NCBI GenBank assembly: GCA_036386835.1
Contig: DASVUX010000028.1
Span: forward strand, 66,095 to 130,094
Origin: Bacteroidia bacterium
GTDB taxonomy: Bacteria > Bacteroidota > Bacteroidia > 2-12-FULL-35-15
Length of the DNA: 64,000 nucleotides
Direction of reading: 5' to 3'
The notes under the pieces: generated by a model
Told to the model about the DNA's origin: nothing
The model's database searches: none
What the model saw: the letters and a program-made list of their open reading frames with translations, nothing else
Position numbers and translations under genes: made by a program
In this document: positions 18,412 to 28,524 of the stretch, piece by piece
How positions within the stretch are numbered: the first letter of the stretch is position 1
Layout of the letters: every line of letters starts with the position of its first letter

Positions 18412-21223
18412 TCGTTCTGTTAAAGAAATTGTTGGCGATCAATTCCTGGAGCAGCATACGTTTCCCCTGGTACATAGCTGTGATCCATGCATCCTTTGTA
18501 CCTAACCTGATACATTCCTGGCGAAATGCTTCCGCATCCTTTATGGTGGTGAATTCCCTCATTGTGAAGCGGGTGATTCCGTCAGGATATGGCAACACTA
18601 ACGCTGGTGGCGGTTCAAGGGCATCCAGGTTTTTGTGCTTGAAGTTCTGTGGTTTGCGGTATGCACCGATCTGAACACGGAATGTTAAACCTTCAGCGCA
18701 TGTGTTCCCGGCCTGTGCGATCAGCTTATTATAAATCTCTTTATTATTAAGGTCTTTCCCGACAAAGGCAGAGAAATCTCCATTGGCTCCCGGATCACAA
18801 GGATTGTTGTGTTCTTCAAGAGTCTTTCTCATGCCAAAGAAAAACACTGTAACAATTGACCGGGATGCCTCCGGTTCTTTTTCAAGAAGGTTCTTTTTAA
18901 AGGCATCGGCTTCTGCAAGCGTTTTGAACGGACCGAAAGTGTAACGGATCTTTCCGTCAGGATAAGTTTTCTTTTCGATCTTTCCGTATTTACTTAAATG
19001 ATCCAGCTTAAAATCTGCTTCATTATCAACCGCAGCAATCTCTACTTTATAAGTCAGACCGGCAATCTCTGATTTTCCATTGTCTTTGATAACATTCTTT
19101 ACTTCATCACCGGAATTCAAAGCAACCAAACCGGATTTCTTCTTAATGACCTTCGTCTCAGTGGGAGCAGAATAATCTTTCCGGGTGTATTCACTTGCAA
19201 AGTATTGCTGGACCAACCTTCTTGTTTTACAGGAATCAACAGTAACAACAATGTTCTTCAGGGAAGTATCTTTTTCTATCACTTTATATTTGTAGATTTC
19301 TGCATCCAGCAGCGATTTAAAGCCTCCGATAAAGAAGGTTGTGTTTCCTTTATCATCACGCGTGCTCTTAATGCTGTCAATCCCCGTTAATTTTTCAGCG
19401 CTGAAATCTGCGGCATTTTCAAATGTTCCCAATTCAAGGTTATAGGTAACACATTCTTTCTTCACATCACCGTATTTCTTCAGGATTTCCTGGAAAACCC
19501 GTGCCTCATACACCTCAGCCTTCTTCTCTTCATTGTAACGCTTTATCTGCTCGTTGATCTGGCTTTGAATTACGTTCGAAGAATCTTTTACGGCAACTAC
19601 ATCATTCCCTTTGACGTAAGCTTCAGAATAGAATTTGAAATCTTTTTGTACCTGCACATACGTATCAAGGCTCTTCACATTTACATACTGGTACTGTGCT
19701 TCATAACCTTCCACCTCGATAGCTACCTTGTAATTGTTGCCCGGAGTAAGCGCTATGATATATTTTCCGGATGATGAATTGGAATGGTAAGATCCTTGTT
19801 TCTCCCCTGTATCCGCATTTGATACATTTATAGTCGCATCAACCGGTTTACCGTCTGCACTTACAGTTCCAACGACCAGCGCAAGCACAGGCGCTTCCCC
19901 GAAGTAGCCCGGAGTAACACTGTAAAGATCCTGCTGGCCGAAACCGCCTTTCCTGTCGGATGAAAAATAACCGTGCTCACCGTCTGCCGTCAGAACATAA
20001 AAGCGCTCATCATCAGTAGTGTTTATCGGATACCCAAGATTGGTCGGCTCATTCCAGATCCCACCTTTGAATACAGAGTACATAATATCATACCCACCGA
20101 TACTGTTCCTTCCTTCCGAACTATAGAAAAGCGTAATCCCGTCAGGGTGAATAAACGGAGAATCATCATTGTAAGGAGTATTGATCATCGGGCCTAAATT
20201 CTGGGCCTTGCCCCAGCTTCCGTCAGGCATTTTTTCACTCAGGTAGATATCACGACCGCCAAGTCCGCCCGGACGTTCGCTGGCAAAATAAAGCTGCTTC
20301 TCATTTGCAGAAAGCGAAACACTTCCTTCCCAGTATTTAGAATTGATCTCGGGACCCAGCGGTTCTGGCGCACCCCAAACCTCACCTTTTAAAATACTCA
20401 TATAAATATCCCCGCCATCCTTTTCCGTACTGTGAAACACAAATAATTTCTGACCGTCAGCGGACAGGGCGATACTGGCATCATGATTTTTCGTATTGAT
20501 GCTGCTTCCGATACTCTCCGGGGTAAGCCATGAATCACCGAGACGATGAGAGATAAATACATCTTCATAATAATTTCCATTAGGGTCCGGGTTAAAATCA
20601 TCATCCATTAATCCCCCGGTACTATTCGGGCCTGTATATGTATAAATAAGCACCGATTCATCCGAAGAAATTACGGGAACATATTCCTGGTTCTCTGTAT
20701 TAATCACATTACCTACATTGGTAATCTCACATTTCACCTTCAGCTCAATAAACGCTTTCCCATTCTTACTGTTCTCAATATAACGCTCGGTAAGAAGCCT
20801 CTGGTTGATAGGAGGGGCCGTAGCGAGATATTTCTTAAAAGATTTGATAGCTTCGTCAAACTTATAATTAAGATGGTACGCTCTCCCGATGTAGAAATCA
20901 ATATCAGGTGCATTCGGAGCGCTTTCCGCTACCTGTGTAAGCATCTGGATGGATTTTTCCTTCTCATCACTCTTATATAAAAGGCAGATCCCGGTCTTGT
21001 AGCGAAAATACAATTCCGATGGATAAGCACTCGCCAGCTGCATATAAAGAGGAAGCGCCCTTAAATAATTTTCTTCACTGTAAAAGTACTCTGCACTTTC
21101 GAGCTTTGATTTATCTTCTTTATTCAGTGCCTTCAGATTAGGAGCAATATCCTTTTGTGCCAGCAAGGCTGAAGAGCCTACAAACACTATCAAAAAGGAA
21201 ATAGCAAATATTATTTTTCTCAT
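18404..21223 (-). CDS. Paralog of 16146-18143: TPR / PD40 beta-propeller / carboxypeptidase-regulatory-like protein with four C-terminal SPOR-like repeats
   Basis: Same architecture as the neighbouring gene, with four copies of the '(F/Y)(K/R)V(Q/E)I(A/G)A..........DG..R(F/Y)..G.F.T...A' module. Confidence 0.7.
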   Translation of the reverse strand: MRKIIFAISFLIVFVGSSALLAQKDIAPNLKALNKEDKSKLESAEYFYSEENYLRALPLYMQLASAYPSELYFRYKTGICLLYKSDEKEKSIQMLTQVAESAPNAPDIDFYIGRAYHLNYKFDEAIKSFKKYLATAPPINQRLLTERYIENSKNGKAFIELKVKCEITNVGNVINTENQEYVPVISSDESVLIYTYTGPNSTGGLMDDDFNPDPNGNYYEDVFISHRLGDSWLTPESIGSSINTKNHDASIALSADGQKLFVFHSTEKDGGDIYMSILKGEVWGAPEPLGPEINSKYWEGSVSLSANEKQLYFASERPGGLGGRDIYLSEKMPDGSWGKAQNLGPMINTPYNDDSPFIHPDGITLFYSSEGRNSIGGYDIMYSVFKGGIWNEPTNLGYPINTTDDERFYVLTADGEHGYFSSDRKGGFGQQDLYSVTPGYFGEAPVLALVVGTVSADGKPVDATINVSNADTGEKQGSYHSNSSSGKYIIALTPGNNYKVAIEVEGYEAQYQYVNVKSLDTYVQVQKDFKFYSEAYVKGNDVVAVKDSSNVIQSQINEQIKRYNEEKKAEVYEARVFQEILKKYGDVKKECVTYNLELGTFENAADFSAEKLTGIDSIKSTRDDKGNTTFFIGGFKSLLDAEIYKYKVIEKDTSLKNIVVTVDSCKTRRLVQQYFASEYTRKDYSAPTETKVIKKKSGLVALNSGDEVKNVIKDNGKSEIAGLTYKVEIAAVDNEADFKLDHLSKYGKIEKKTYPDGKIRYTFGPFKTLAEADAFKKNLLEKEPEASRSIVTVFFFGMRKTLEEHNNPCDPGANGDFSAFVGKDLNNKEIYNKLIAQAGNTCAEGLTFRVQIGAYRKPQNFKHKNLDALEPPPALVLPYPDGITRFTMREFTTIKDAEAFRQECIRLGTKDAWITAMYQGKRMLLQELIANNFFNRTIN

Positions 21224-21429
21224 AAATATATTTTTACCGGAGCAAGAGGACTCTAAATAAGATGCACTAAATTGGAGATAAATGGAAATGAAACAACTTT
21301 GAGTGATTCAAACTTATAAACACAACTGCGTTAATAAAGGGGGCAAATGTTGCAGCTACGCATTCGTTCGAACCAGCAAAATCAACATGTTTCTCAATTA
21401 TAGCTTCTGTTTTTTATTGAAAGGTTTAA

Positions 21430-22101
21430 ATGTGTATTTTCGTTAATAAACTTTTGGAGATGGATTTTTTGAATAAAGGAATTGAAGAGTATTCACTTGC
21501 CCATTCGAATGATGAAAGCGGCATACTAAAAAAGATCAACAGGGAAACGCATGCCAAAGTCATGCAGCCAAGAATGCTTTCCGGCCACATGCAGGGCAAC
21601 TTCCTTACAATGATCAGCAATATGATAAATCCTTCACGGGTTCTGGAGATAGGTACCTACACCGGCTATTCAGCGGTATGCCTGGCAGCAGGGTTAAAAA
21701 ATGACGGCAAATTATTTACAATCGACATTAACGAGGAACTTCAATACATGGTAAGGTCTTATTTTAAAGAAGCAGGTCTTGAGAACAAGATCGAATTTCA
21801 TATAGGGGACGCAGCAGCGATTATTCCTTCACTGGATGAAAAATTCGACCTTGTCTTTATTGATGCCGACAAAAAAAATTACTCCAACTATTATGACCTG
21901 GTCTTTGACAAAGTGAATGCCGGCGGTTTCATTATCGCAGACAATGTGCTATGGAGCGGAAAGGTCCTCAACCTGGAAAAGAACAAAGACCAGGATACTA
22001 TGCTGATAGATGCATTCAATAAAAAAGTACATAATGATAAAAGAGTTGAGCATATGCTTTTACCTTTACGCGATGGGTTAATGATCGCAAGGAAACTCTG
22101 A
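21430..22101 (+). CDS. Class I SAM-dependent O-methyltransferase (caffeoyl-CoA OMT / YrrM-like)
   Basis: 'VLEIGTYTGYSAVCLA' SAM motif and 'FDLVFIDADKKNY'. The start is more likely the Met at 21460 ('MDFLNKG'). Confidence 0.85.
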   Translation: MCIFVNKLLEMDFLNKGIEEYSLAHSNDESGILKKINRETHAKVMQPRMLSGHMQGNFLTMISNMINPSRVLEIGTYTGYSAVCLAAGLKNDGKLFTIDINEELQYMVRSYFKEAGLENKIEFHIGDAAAIIPSLDEKFDLVFIDADKKNYSNYYDLVFDKVNAGGFIIADNVLWSGKVLNLEKNKDQDTMLIDAFNKKVHNDKRVEHMLLPLRDGLMIARKL

Positions 22102-22127
22102 TCAAACAAACATACAAACCTGAAAAA

Positions 22128-23144
22128 ATGATAATAGATCTCCGCAGCGATACAGTTACCAAGCCATCCAGGGCTATGCTCGAAGCCATGTTCAATGCCG
22201 AAGTTGGCGATGATGTATTTGCAGAAGAACCAACAGTGAACGCACTTGAAAAAAAGACGGCTGAACTATTCGGCATGGAAGCGGCCTTATATTGTCCGTC
22301 TGGCACAATGACCAACCAGATCGCGATTAAGATCCATACTCAGCCGGGAGATGAAGTTCTTTGTGATGCTACTGCCCATATTTACAATTATGAAGGTGGC
22401 GGAATAGCATTTAATTCCGGGGTGCAGGCAAAACTGATCCAGGGTGAACGGGGAAGGATCTCTGCACGGCAGGTTGTGGAAAGTATAAACCCTTCGCTCG
22501 ACTGGCTTACAAGAACGAGTCTTGTAAGTATTGAAAATACCGCAAACAGGGCTGGAGGCAGTTACTATTCCCTTCAGCAGATGCAGGAGCTTGCAGCCGT
22601 ATGCAAACAAAACAATATTAAATATCATCTTGACGGAGCACGGATCTTTAATGCGATCGTTGAAAGTGATTACAAGGCATCGGATCTTGGTAAAATATTC
22701 GATTCCATATCCGTTTGTCTCTCCAAAGGCCTCGGAGCACCTGTAGGTTCGCTTTTGCTAGGCAGCAGGGAAATGATCCGTAATGCCCGCAGGATCAGGA
22801 AAGTTTTTGGGGGCGGCATGCGCCAGGCCGGGTATCTTGCCGCAGCCGGGATCTACGCGCTGGATAATAATATTGAACGCTTAAAAGAAGATCATGCGAA
22901 GGCTAAGCACCTGGCAGCTGCTATGAGCAAATTAAGTTACATTGAGAATGTTCTTCCCGTTGATACGAATATCATCATCTTTAATCTTAATGATAAGCTG
23001 AAGCCTGAAGAGTTTGTTGCGAAGCTGGCTTCCCATAATATCAAAGCTGTCGGGTTCGGAAAGCAGGCCATCAGGTTCGTCACCCACCTTGACTTTACCG
23101 ATGAGATGCTTGAGAAAACAGAAAGTGTGCTTGTTAAATTATAA
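22128..23144 (+). CDS. ltaE: Low-specificity L-threonine aldolase
   Basis: 'IDLRSDTVTKPSRAMLEAM' N-terminus and a PLP-lysine region ('CLSKGLGAPVGS'). Confidence 0.85.
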   Translation: MIIDLRSDTVTKPSRAMLEAMFNAEVGDDVFAEEPTVNALEKKTAELFGMEAALYCPSGTMTNQIAIKIHTQPGDEVLCDATAHIYNYEGGGIAFNSGVQAKLIQGERGRISARQVVESINPSLDWLTRTSLVSIENTANRAGGSYYSLQQMQELAAVCKQNNIKYHLDGARIFNAIVESDYKASDLGKIFDSISVCLSKGLGAPVGSLLLGSREMIRNARRIRKVFGGGMRQAGYLAAAGIYALDNNIERLKEDHAKAKHLAAAMSKLSYIENVLPVDTNIIIFNLNDKLKPEEFVAKLASHNIKAVGFGKQAIRFVTHLDFTDEMLEKTESVLVKL

Positions 23145-23156
23145 ATATTACTTATT

Positions 23157-23708
23157 ATGAAAATTGCTATTATCTCGGGAAGTGTGAGAACAGGCAGGCA
23201 AAGCCATCGTGTCGCAGAATATTTCAACAATTTTATCTCCGGCAATAAGCTCGGTGAACCCGAGATCATTGATCTTAAGGAATACAACTTTCCAATCCTT
23301 GAAGAACGCCTGTCGAAGATGCCTTCACCCGGAAGTAAAGAACAGATGTTTTCTGAGAAGATAAGCTCCGCAGATATTGTGATCGTTGTTTTTCCAGAAT
23401 ACAACGGAGGATATTCTGCAAGTATAAAGAATGCAATAGACCTCCTTTATTATGAATGGCACCATAAACCTGTAGGGCTGGTTAGCGTATCTTCCGGGGC
23501 TCATTCAGGTGTGAATGCGCTCGCTTTACTCCAAAGCATTTTCCTGAAAATAAAAGCTGTCCCTGCAGCTTCTTTCCCTGTCCCGGTTGTCCAGGAAAGC
23601 TTCGATGAAAACGGCAATGCCATTAATAAAGAAGCAACTGATAAAAAAGCAGCGGTATTTTTAAAGGAACTTCTGTGGTTCGCTGAAGCCTTTGAGAAAA
23701 TGAAATAA
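23157..23708 (+). CDS. NADPH-dependent FMN reductase family oxidoreductase
   Basis: 'IAIISGSVRTGRQS' flavodoxin-like N-terminus typical of NAD(P)H-dependent FMN reductases. Confidence 0.8.
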   Translation: MKIAIISGSVRTGRQSHRVAEYFNNFISGNKLGEPEIIDLKEYNFPILEERLSKMPSPGSKEQMFSEKISSADIVIVVFPEYNGGYSASIKNAIDLLYYEWHHKPVGLVSVSSGAHSGVNALALLQSIFLKIKAVPAASFPVPVVQESFDENGNAINKEATDKKAAVFLKELLWFAEAFEKMK

Positions 23709-23713
23709 TTCTT

Positions 23714-24895
23714 CTAATTACGTTCCCTCCGGAAAACCAGGAATAGTATAACCAGTACTACACCGGCAGCGGAGAAGAGGAACATGAACGAAGGGTTAAA
23801 AGTAACCCAGATCAAACCTGCAAGCGAACTTGACGCCAGCGCTATAATACTGGCCCAGCTGGCATGGAACCCTATAGCTGTAGCGGTCTCAGATGAAGGA
23901 ACAGCGTTTGCAATCCACGCTTTTGAAACTCCGTCTGTTGCAGCAGCATAAATTCCATAGATAAAGAACAGTACATACATCATTACTTCGTTCTGCAAAA
24001 ATGCCATCCCGGTGTAAACTATTACAAATAATAACAGGCCTGAAATAAACGTCTTCTTCATTTCAATCTTATCCGCTATTATTCCAACCGGGTAAGCAAA
24101 CAAGGCATACACCAGGTTATAGAATACGTATACACCGATAACATGAAGGTCATCCATCCCCGCTGATTTAGCCATCAGCAGCAGGAAAACATCCGAACTG
24201 TTAAACAGTGTAAACAGCAGCAGCCCGGTAACCAGCTTCTTGTATTCTGCCGAAGCTGTTTTCCAGTAAGAAAAGAAAGAAAAGAAATTTCCTTTTTTTG
24301 AATTTACAACCGGCTGAAGTTTTTTCTCCTTTATAAGGAATGTCAGCGCTATCACAGCAGCTCCAGGGATAAAAGTCAGTAGGAATAATTCTTTATACTG
24401 TCCAGGATAATAATAAAGGAAAAGAAGCGCCAGCAGGGGTCCGATGGCTGCGCCAACTGTATCCATTGAGCGGTGTAAACCAAAGACTTTCCCTTTGTTT
24501 TCCTTTGAACACTCATCGGAAAGCATAGCGTCCCTTGCACCTGTTCTCAGACCTTTACCAAGCTTATCGCCTGTCCTCACAAAAAGAATCCATGCGGGGA
24601 AAGTGAACACCGCCATTAATGGTTTGGCCAGCGCACTAAGCCCATAACCTAACTGAATAAATGGCAAACGTCTTCCTTTTTCATCAGAGAGTTTTCCGAA
24701 ATACCCTTTCGATATACCGACAACAGCTTCCGCACAACCTTCCAGGATCCCGATCCACAAAGCAGTGAAACCGATCGACTTCAGGTATATCGGCATGACA
24801 GGGATCAGGATCTCACTCCCGATATCATTAAAGAGGCTCACCAGTGAGAGCATCCAGATGGTCCGGGTAAATATTTTTTCTTTTACTCCTGTCAT
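23714..24895 (-). CDS. MFS transporter
   Basis: 12-TM topology and an MFS 'GKLSDEKGRR' loop motif. Confidence 0.8.
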   Translation of the reverse strand: MTGVKEKIFTRTIWMLSLVSLFNDIGSEILIPVMPIYLKSIGFTALWIGILEGCAEAVVGISKGYFGKLSDEKGRRLPFIQLGYGLSALAKPLMAVFTFPAWILFVRTGDKLGKGLRTGARDAMLSDECSKENKGKVFGLHRSMDTVGAAIGPLLALLFLYYYPGQYKELFLLTFIPGAAVIALTFLIKEKKLQPVVNSKKGNFFSFFSYWKTASAEYKKLVTGLLLFTLFNSSDVFLLLMAKSAGMDDLHVIGVYVFYNLVYALFAYPVGIIADKIEMKKTFISGLLLFVIVYTGMAFLQNEVMMYVLFFIYGIYAAATDGVSKAWIANAVPSSETATAIGFHASWASIIALASSSLAGLIWVTFNPSFMFLFSAAGVVLVILFLVFRRERN

Positions 24896-26526
24896 TATTT
24901 AATTAAGGCTGGTATTGGCTTTCCTGTGCAGCCGTTGGGAAACTGGATATTCAGCATCATTGCAAGGGTGGCAGCTATATCTGTAATATTTACCTGGTCT
25001 GCAGAGCTTCCCGGGCTTACATTCCATCCGTAAAAAATCAACGGTACATGGGTATCATAGCTGTAAGGAGAGCCATGGGTGGTGCCTGTACGGTGATAAT
25101 CCACCCAGGCAGGCTGATAATTGATAAGTATGTCCCCGGACCTTTTTGCATTGTAGCCGTTCTGCATCAGGTACCTGGCGCCTTCCGTAAAAGAAGAATT
25201 ATTCATCGTAGTCGCAGTAAGGACTTCGGCAACGCCATCCATCTTTTGCAAAAGTGCCGTGCAGCTTTCCTGTACCTGCTTAAGATTAAGATTTTTCAGC
25301 TCTATGGCTTTGTGATCAAGGAATACCTGTTGATTCGACATGGACAGGACAAGCGTATCACCATAAAGATATTTCAGATACCCTTTGAGATCAGCATTCA
25401 TTTTGCCTTCATCAACATACCCTGCAGGGATCTTAAGGTCTATCAGGTATGATGGAACTTCGGGTGCAGCGTGGTCGGCTGTTAAAAAGACCAGTACATT
25501 TTCTTTGCCAAGCTGTGTATCAAGGAATTTCAGGAACTCCGCAAGGTCCTTATCCAGTCTTAAATAATCATCCTCCTGTTCCACAGAGTTCGGCCCCCAG
25601 GTATGACCGATATAATCCGGTGAAGAAAAAGAGATTGCAAGAAAATCTGTTGCACCGGATTTACCCATGTTTTCATTCTTGATTACTTCGATAGCGAAAT
25701 CTTTCGTATAAGAATTTCCGAATGGAGTGCTTCTGATCAGGTTAAGTCCGCCATTGGCAGCCATTAATCCAGGAAGGTCATGAGGAAACACAGGGCCTGT
25801 CTCACCTTTCAGGTATCCTTCATATTTATTATTGTCAGGAAGGCTTTCTGTGTATTGATCAAGGGGCAACAATAAGTTCCAGGACTGGGACAGATATTTT
25901 TTCGGAAGCTCTTTTTTATTAAAGTCCTGTACCCAGGCAGGCAATTCCTTCATATAATAAGTACTTGTAATAAAGCCACCGGCACTCCCGTCATACCAGT
26001 AAGCGGCATTCGCAGCATGGCCGGCAGGCATAATTGCCGAACGGTCCTTTAACGCAATGCCGATCACCTTCGACTTCATATTACTGGAAATGCGTAATTC
26101 ATCTGTGATGGTGGTTGAAAGATTATTTACAGGGGAACGTTTACCTTCATTGGCTGTAGTACCTACACCTGAAACGGAATTATCTTCTGCACAATACAGG
26201 TTTCTTCCTGTTTTTTTATCATACCAGTCATTTGCAATTATTCCATGGACTGAAGGGGTTGTTCCTGTATAAACAGATGCGTGACCGGGGCCTGTATAAG
26301 TCGGCACATAATTAAAGTTTGTGTTCCTGCAGAAATAACCTTCATTCACCAGGCGTTTGAACCCATCAGTACCGAATTTATTCCAGTAACGGTAAATGTA
26401 ATCATAACGCATCTGGTCAACAACGATTCCCACCACAAGCTTCGGCTTAACAGGCACAGGGTCTTTTTTTTGTGCAGAAAGGGACAGCGATAAAAATGCA
26501 AATACTATATTCCAGGATGTTCTCAT
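24895..26526 (-). CDS. Alkaline-phosphatase-superfamily phosphodiesterase/phosphatase (PafA-like)
   Basis: Signal peptide. 'VVDQMRYD' metal-ligand motif and 'HG...D..VP' C-terminal motif of type I phosphodiesterase/nucleotide pyrophosphatase. The ~545-aa size matches Bacteroidetes PafA. Confidence 0.75.
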   Translation of the reverse strand: MRTSWNIVFAFLSLSLSAQKKDPVPVKPKLVVGIVVDQMRYDYIYRYWNKFGTDGFKRLVNEGYFCRNTNFNYVPTYTGPGHASVYTGTTPSVHGIIANDWYDKKTGRNLYCAEDNSVSGVGTTANEGKRSPVNNLSTTITDELRISSNMKSKVIGIALKDRSAIMPAGHAANAAYWYDGSAGGFITSTYYMKELPAWVQDFNKKELPKKYLSQSWNLLLPLDQYTESLPDNNKYEGYLKGETGPVFPHDLPGLMAANGGLNLIRSTPFGNSYTKDFAIEVIKNENMGKSGATDFLAISFSSPDYIGHTWGPNSVEQEDDYLRLDKDLAEFLKFLDTQLGKENVLVFLTADHAAPEVPSYLIDLKIPAGYVDEGKMNADLKGYLKYLYGDTLVLSMSNQQVFLDHKAIELKNLNLKQVQESCTALLQKMDGVAEVLTATTMNNSSFTEGARYLMQNGYNAKRSGDILINYQPAWVDYHRTGTTHGSPYSYDTHVPLIFYGWNVSPGSSADQVNITDIAATLAMMLNIQFPNGCTGKPIPALIK

Positions 26527-26545
26527 ATCTTTCTATTTTCAAAAA

Positions 26546-27538
26546 TTAAAATTCTTTTTCACTTTCTACTCCGAACAGCTTTCCTTTTTTCCACAGCTTC
26601 ATTTCCATCTTCAAAGACTTACTGTTTTGTTTGGTAAGCTCTGCCGGATCTAAAGAAGAAAGATCAGGCTTTCCGGCATTAACCCATGCTGTGTACCAGA
26701 AATCGGCAACTGCTGCAACTGAGGCCTTCATCTGCTTTTCAACCATTCCGTTCAATGAAACATGCAGCTGGTTTGCGTACTCCTCCGTATACAAAGACTG
26801 TCCGTATTTGCTCTTAAGTACCTTGCCATCAGATCCGGTCTTGAATAACTTATCCTCTGCAGTTTTTGTTCTTAATTCTTTATCAATGAACAGGAGCGTA
26901 TCCTTAAGCTTGTGGGAAGAAAAAATGATCCTCCAGATCTCCTTATCTACGTCCTCAATATACTTTGCAGAAGGGGCATTATAATTATAATCCTTCCCGA
27001 ACATTTCCGGAAGCCGTGATTCCCACAAAGCATGTATGCCTTTCTGGCCTGTCAGCTGTCCGTCATAATTTGCTGATGTATGCAATGGCATATGCGCATC
27101 CCCGATGTAATGGCCAAGATCTGCCGCTATAAAAAGTATTTCCGTTTTCTTCCTTTCTTTCATTGCTTTTGTAAGCTTTTCCATCAGGTCATGCATATAC
27201 CATGGAAGGATCCCGTTCGACTGGAGGAATTTTTCATCAAATCTTTTTTTCGTTTCTTCCATGCTTTTCGGCAAACTATCAATTGACCCGAAATTTTCCA
27301 AATCCACAAAATGCCTTGGGTTTTCTGCCTTGTCATTCAGTGTATACTTTCTCAGATCAGGCACAGTTGATTCCTGTGTAATAAAGTCAATGTGGTTATA
27401 AAAAAAGGAAAGCATTGATTCCGGCAACGCGAAAACCGCGGCCCGGTTAATGTGCTCATGTCCGAATGAGCCCCAGGAGATCAGTACAGGAGCAGCAATA
27501 ATTAAGCAGGCTAATGTGATTTTTCTTAGTTTATTCAT
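26546..27538 (-). CDS. Zinc-dependent phospholipase C / S1-P1 nuclease superfamily protein, secreted
   Basis: 'WGSFGHEHINRAAVFALPESM' N-terminus and later His/Asp zinc ligands ('GDAHMPLH'). Confidence 0.6.
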   Translation of the reverse strand: MNKLRKITLACLIIAAPVLISWGSFGHEHINRAAVFALPESMLSFFYNHIDFITQESTVPDLRKYTLNDKAENPRHFVDLENFGSIDSLPKSMEETKKRFDEKFLQSNGILPWYMHDLMEKLTKAMKERKKTEILFIAADLGHYIGDAHMPLHTSANYDGQLTGQKGIHALWESRLPEMFGKDYNYNAPSAKYIEDVDKEIWRIIFSSHKLKDTLLFIDKELRTKTAEDKLFKTGSDGKVLKSKYGQSLYTEEYANQLHVSLNGMVEKQMKASVAAVADFWYTAWVNAGKPDLSSLDPAELTKQNSKSLKMEMKLWKKGKLFGVESEKEF

Positions 27539-27551
27539 GTAAATATTTAAC

Positions 27552-27917
27552 TTAAATTGTTTGTTTACTTAAGAACCATACAAGTGCTGTACATGCGCCC
27601 ACACTGAGGATTATATTAACGACTGCCAGCAGGAGATTTCCTGAGCGCATGAGCTCCACGGTTTCAAAACTGAAAGTAGAGAATGTGCTAAAGCCTCCGC
27701 AGAAACCTACAATAATGAATGTTTTCAAAGACGCATTTGCTCCCAGTTTCTCAGAAAACAGACCGATTGTTAAAGCCAGGATTATACAGCTGATCACATT
27801 AGAACAAAAAGTTGCTAACGGAAATGCAGCACGGAAATTATGCTTTACCACTTCGGAGATTCCGTAGCGTAAAAGACTTCCAAGTCCACCTCCCAAAAAT
27901 ACCAAAAAGAGATTCAT
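27552..27917 (-). CDS. crcB: Fluoride efflux channel CrcB/FluC
   Basis: 121 aa, 4 TM, 'GGGLGSLLRYGIS' and 'GFCGGFSTFSTFS' motifs. Confidence 0.9.
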   Translation of the reverse strand: MNLFLVFLGGGLGSLLRYGISEVVKHNFRAAFPLATFCSNVISCIILALTIGLFSEKLGANASLKTFIIVGFCGGFSTFSTFSFETVELMRSGNLLLAVVNIILSVGACTALVWFLSKQTI

Positions 27918-27939
27918 CCGGGTTTGATTTAAAATTAAA

Positions 27940-28524
27940 TTAATATTTCTTTTGTATCCATCGGTTCACTTTAAAACATACGTACGATGTGCCTGCTCCG
28001 ATGAGCGCTCCTGCCAGCACATCACCAGGATAATGCACACCCAGGTGCATCCGGGAATAGCCTACTGAACCCGCCCAAAGATACGAAGGGAGCACTACAT
28101 ACCATTCAGGATATGCGAGGCTGATGGAAGTGGCTGTTGCGAATGCATCTGAAGTGTGACCGGAAGGAAATGAAGGTGTCCTTTCATTTGTCAGCTTTTG
28201 TATGTACGGATATGTTATGTAAGGTCGCGGGCGATTGACAATGTATTTCATTCCTGTAGTAATTCCTGCTGCCAGCAGGATCGAGGCACCAATTGTAATT
28301 CCTTTATTCCTCTTGATACTGTCGTGCTGTATGCGCCCCAGGACAAGAACTGTTATTGGCAGTGCGATGCTTACCGGTGTTACTGAATGCGTGCTGAACC
28401 TGAAAACTCCGTCAAGGTTTTGATTCCTGCCTTTATGAATACTTTTAAGAATATTTATATCCGTATCCTGGGCAGCTCCAGAAAAATACAACAGAAGTAA
28501 AATAATGCTAATGGATCTTTTCAT
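27940..28524 (-). CDS. PAP2-family phosphatase (membrane)
   Basis: 'KYIVNRPRP', 'PSGHTS' and 'SRMHLGVHYPGDV' acid-phosphatase motifs. Confidence 0.8.
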   Translation of the reverse strand: MKRSISIILLLLYFSGAAQDTDINILKSIHKGRNQNLDGVFRFSTHSVTPVSIALPITVLVLGRIQHDSIKRNKGITIGASILLAAGITTGMKYIVNRPRPYITYPYIQKLTNERTPSFPSGHTSDAFATATSISLAYPEWYVVLPSYLWAGSVGYSRMHLGVHYPGDVLAGALIGAGTSYVCFKVNRWIQKKY

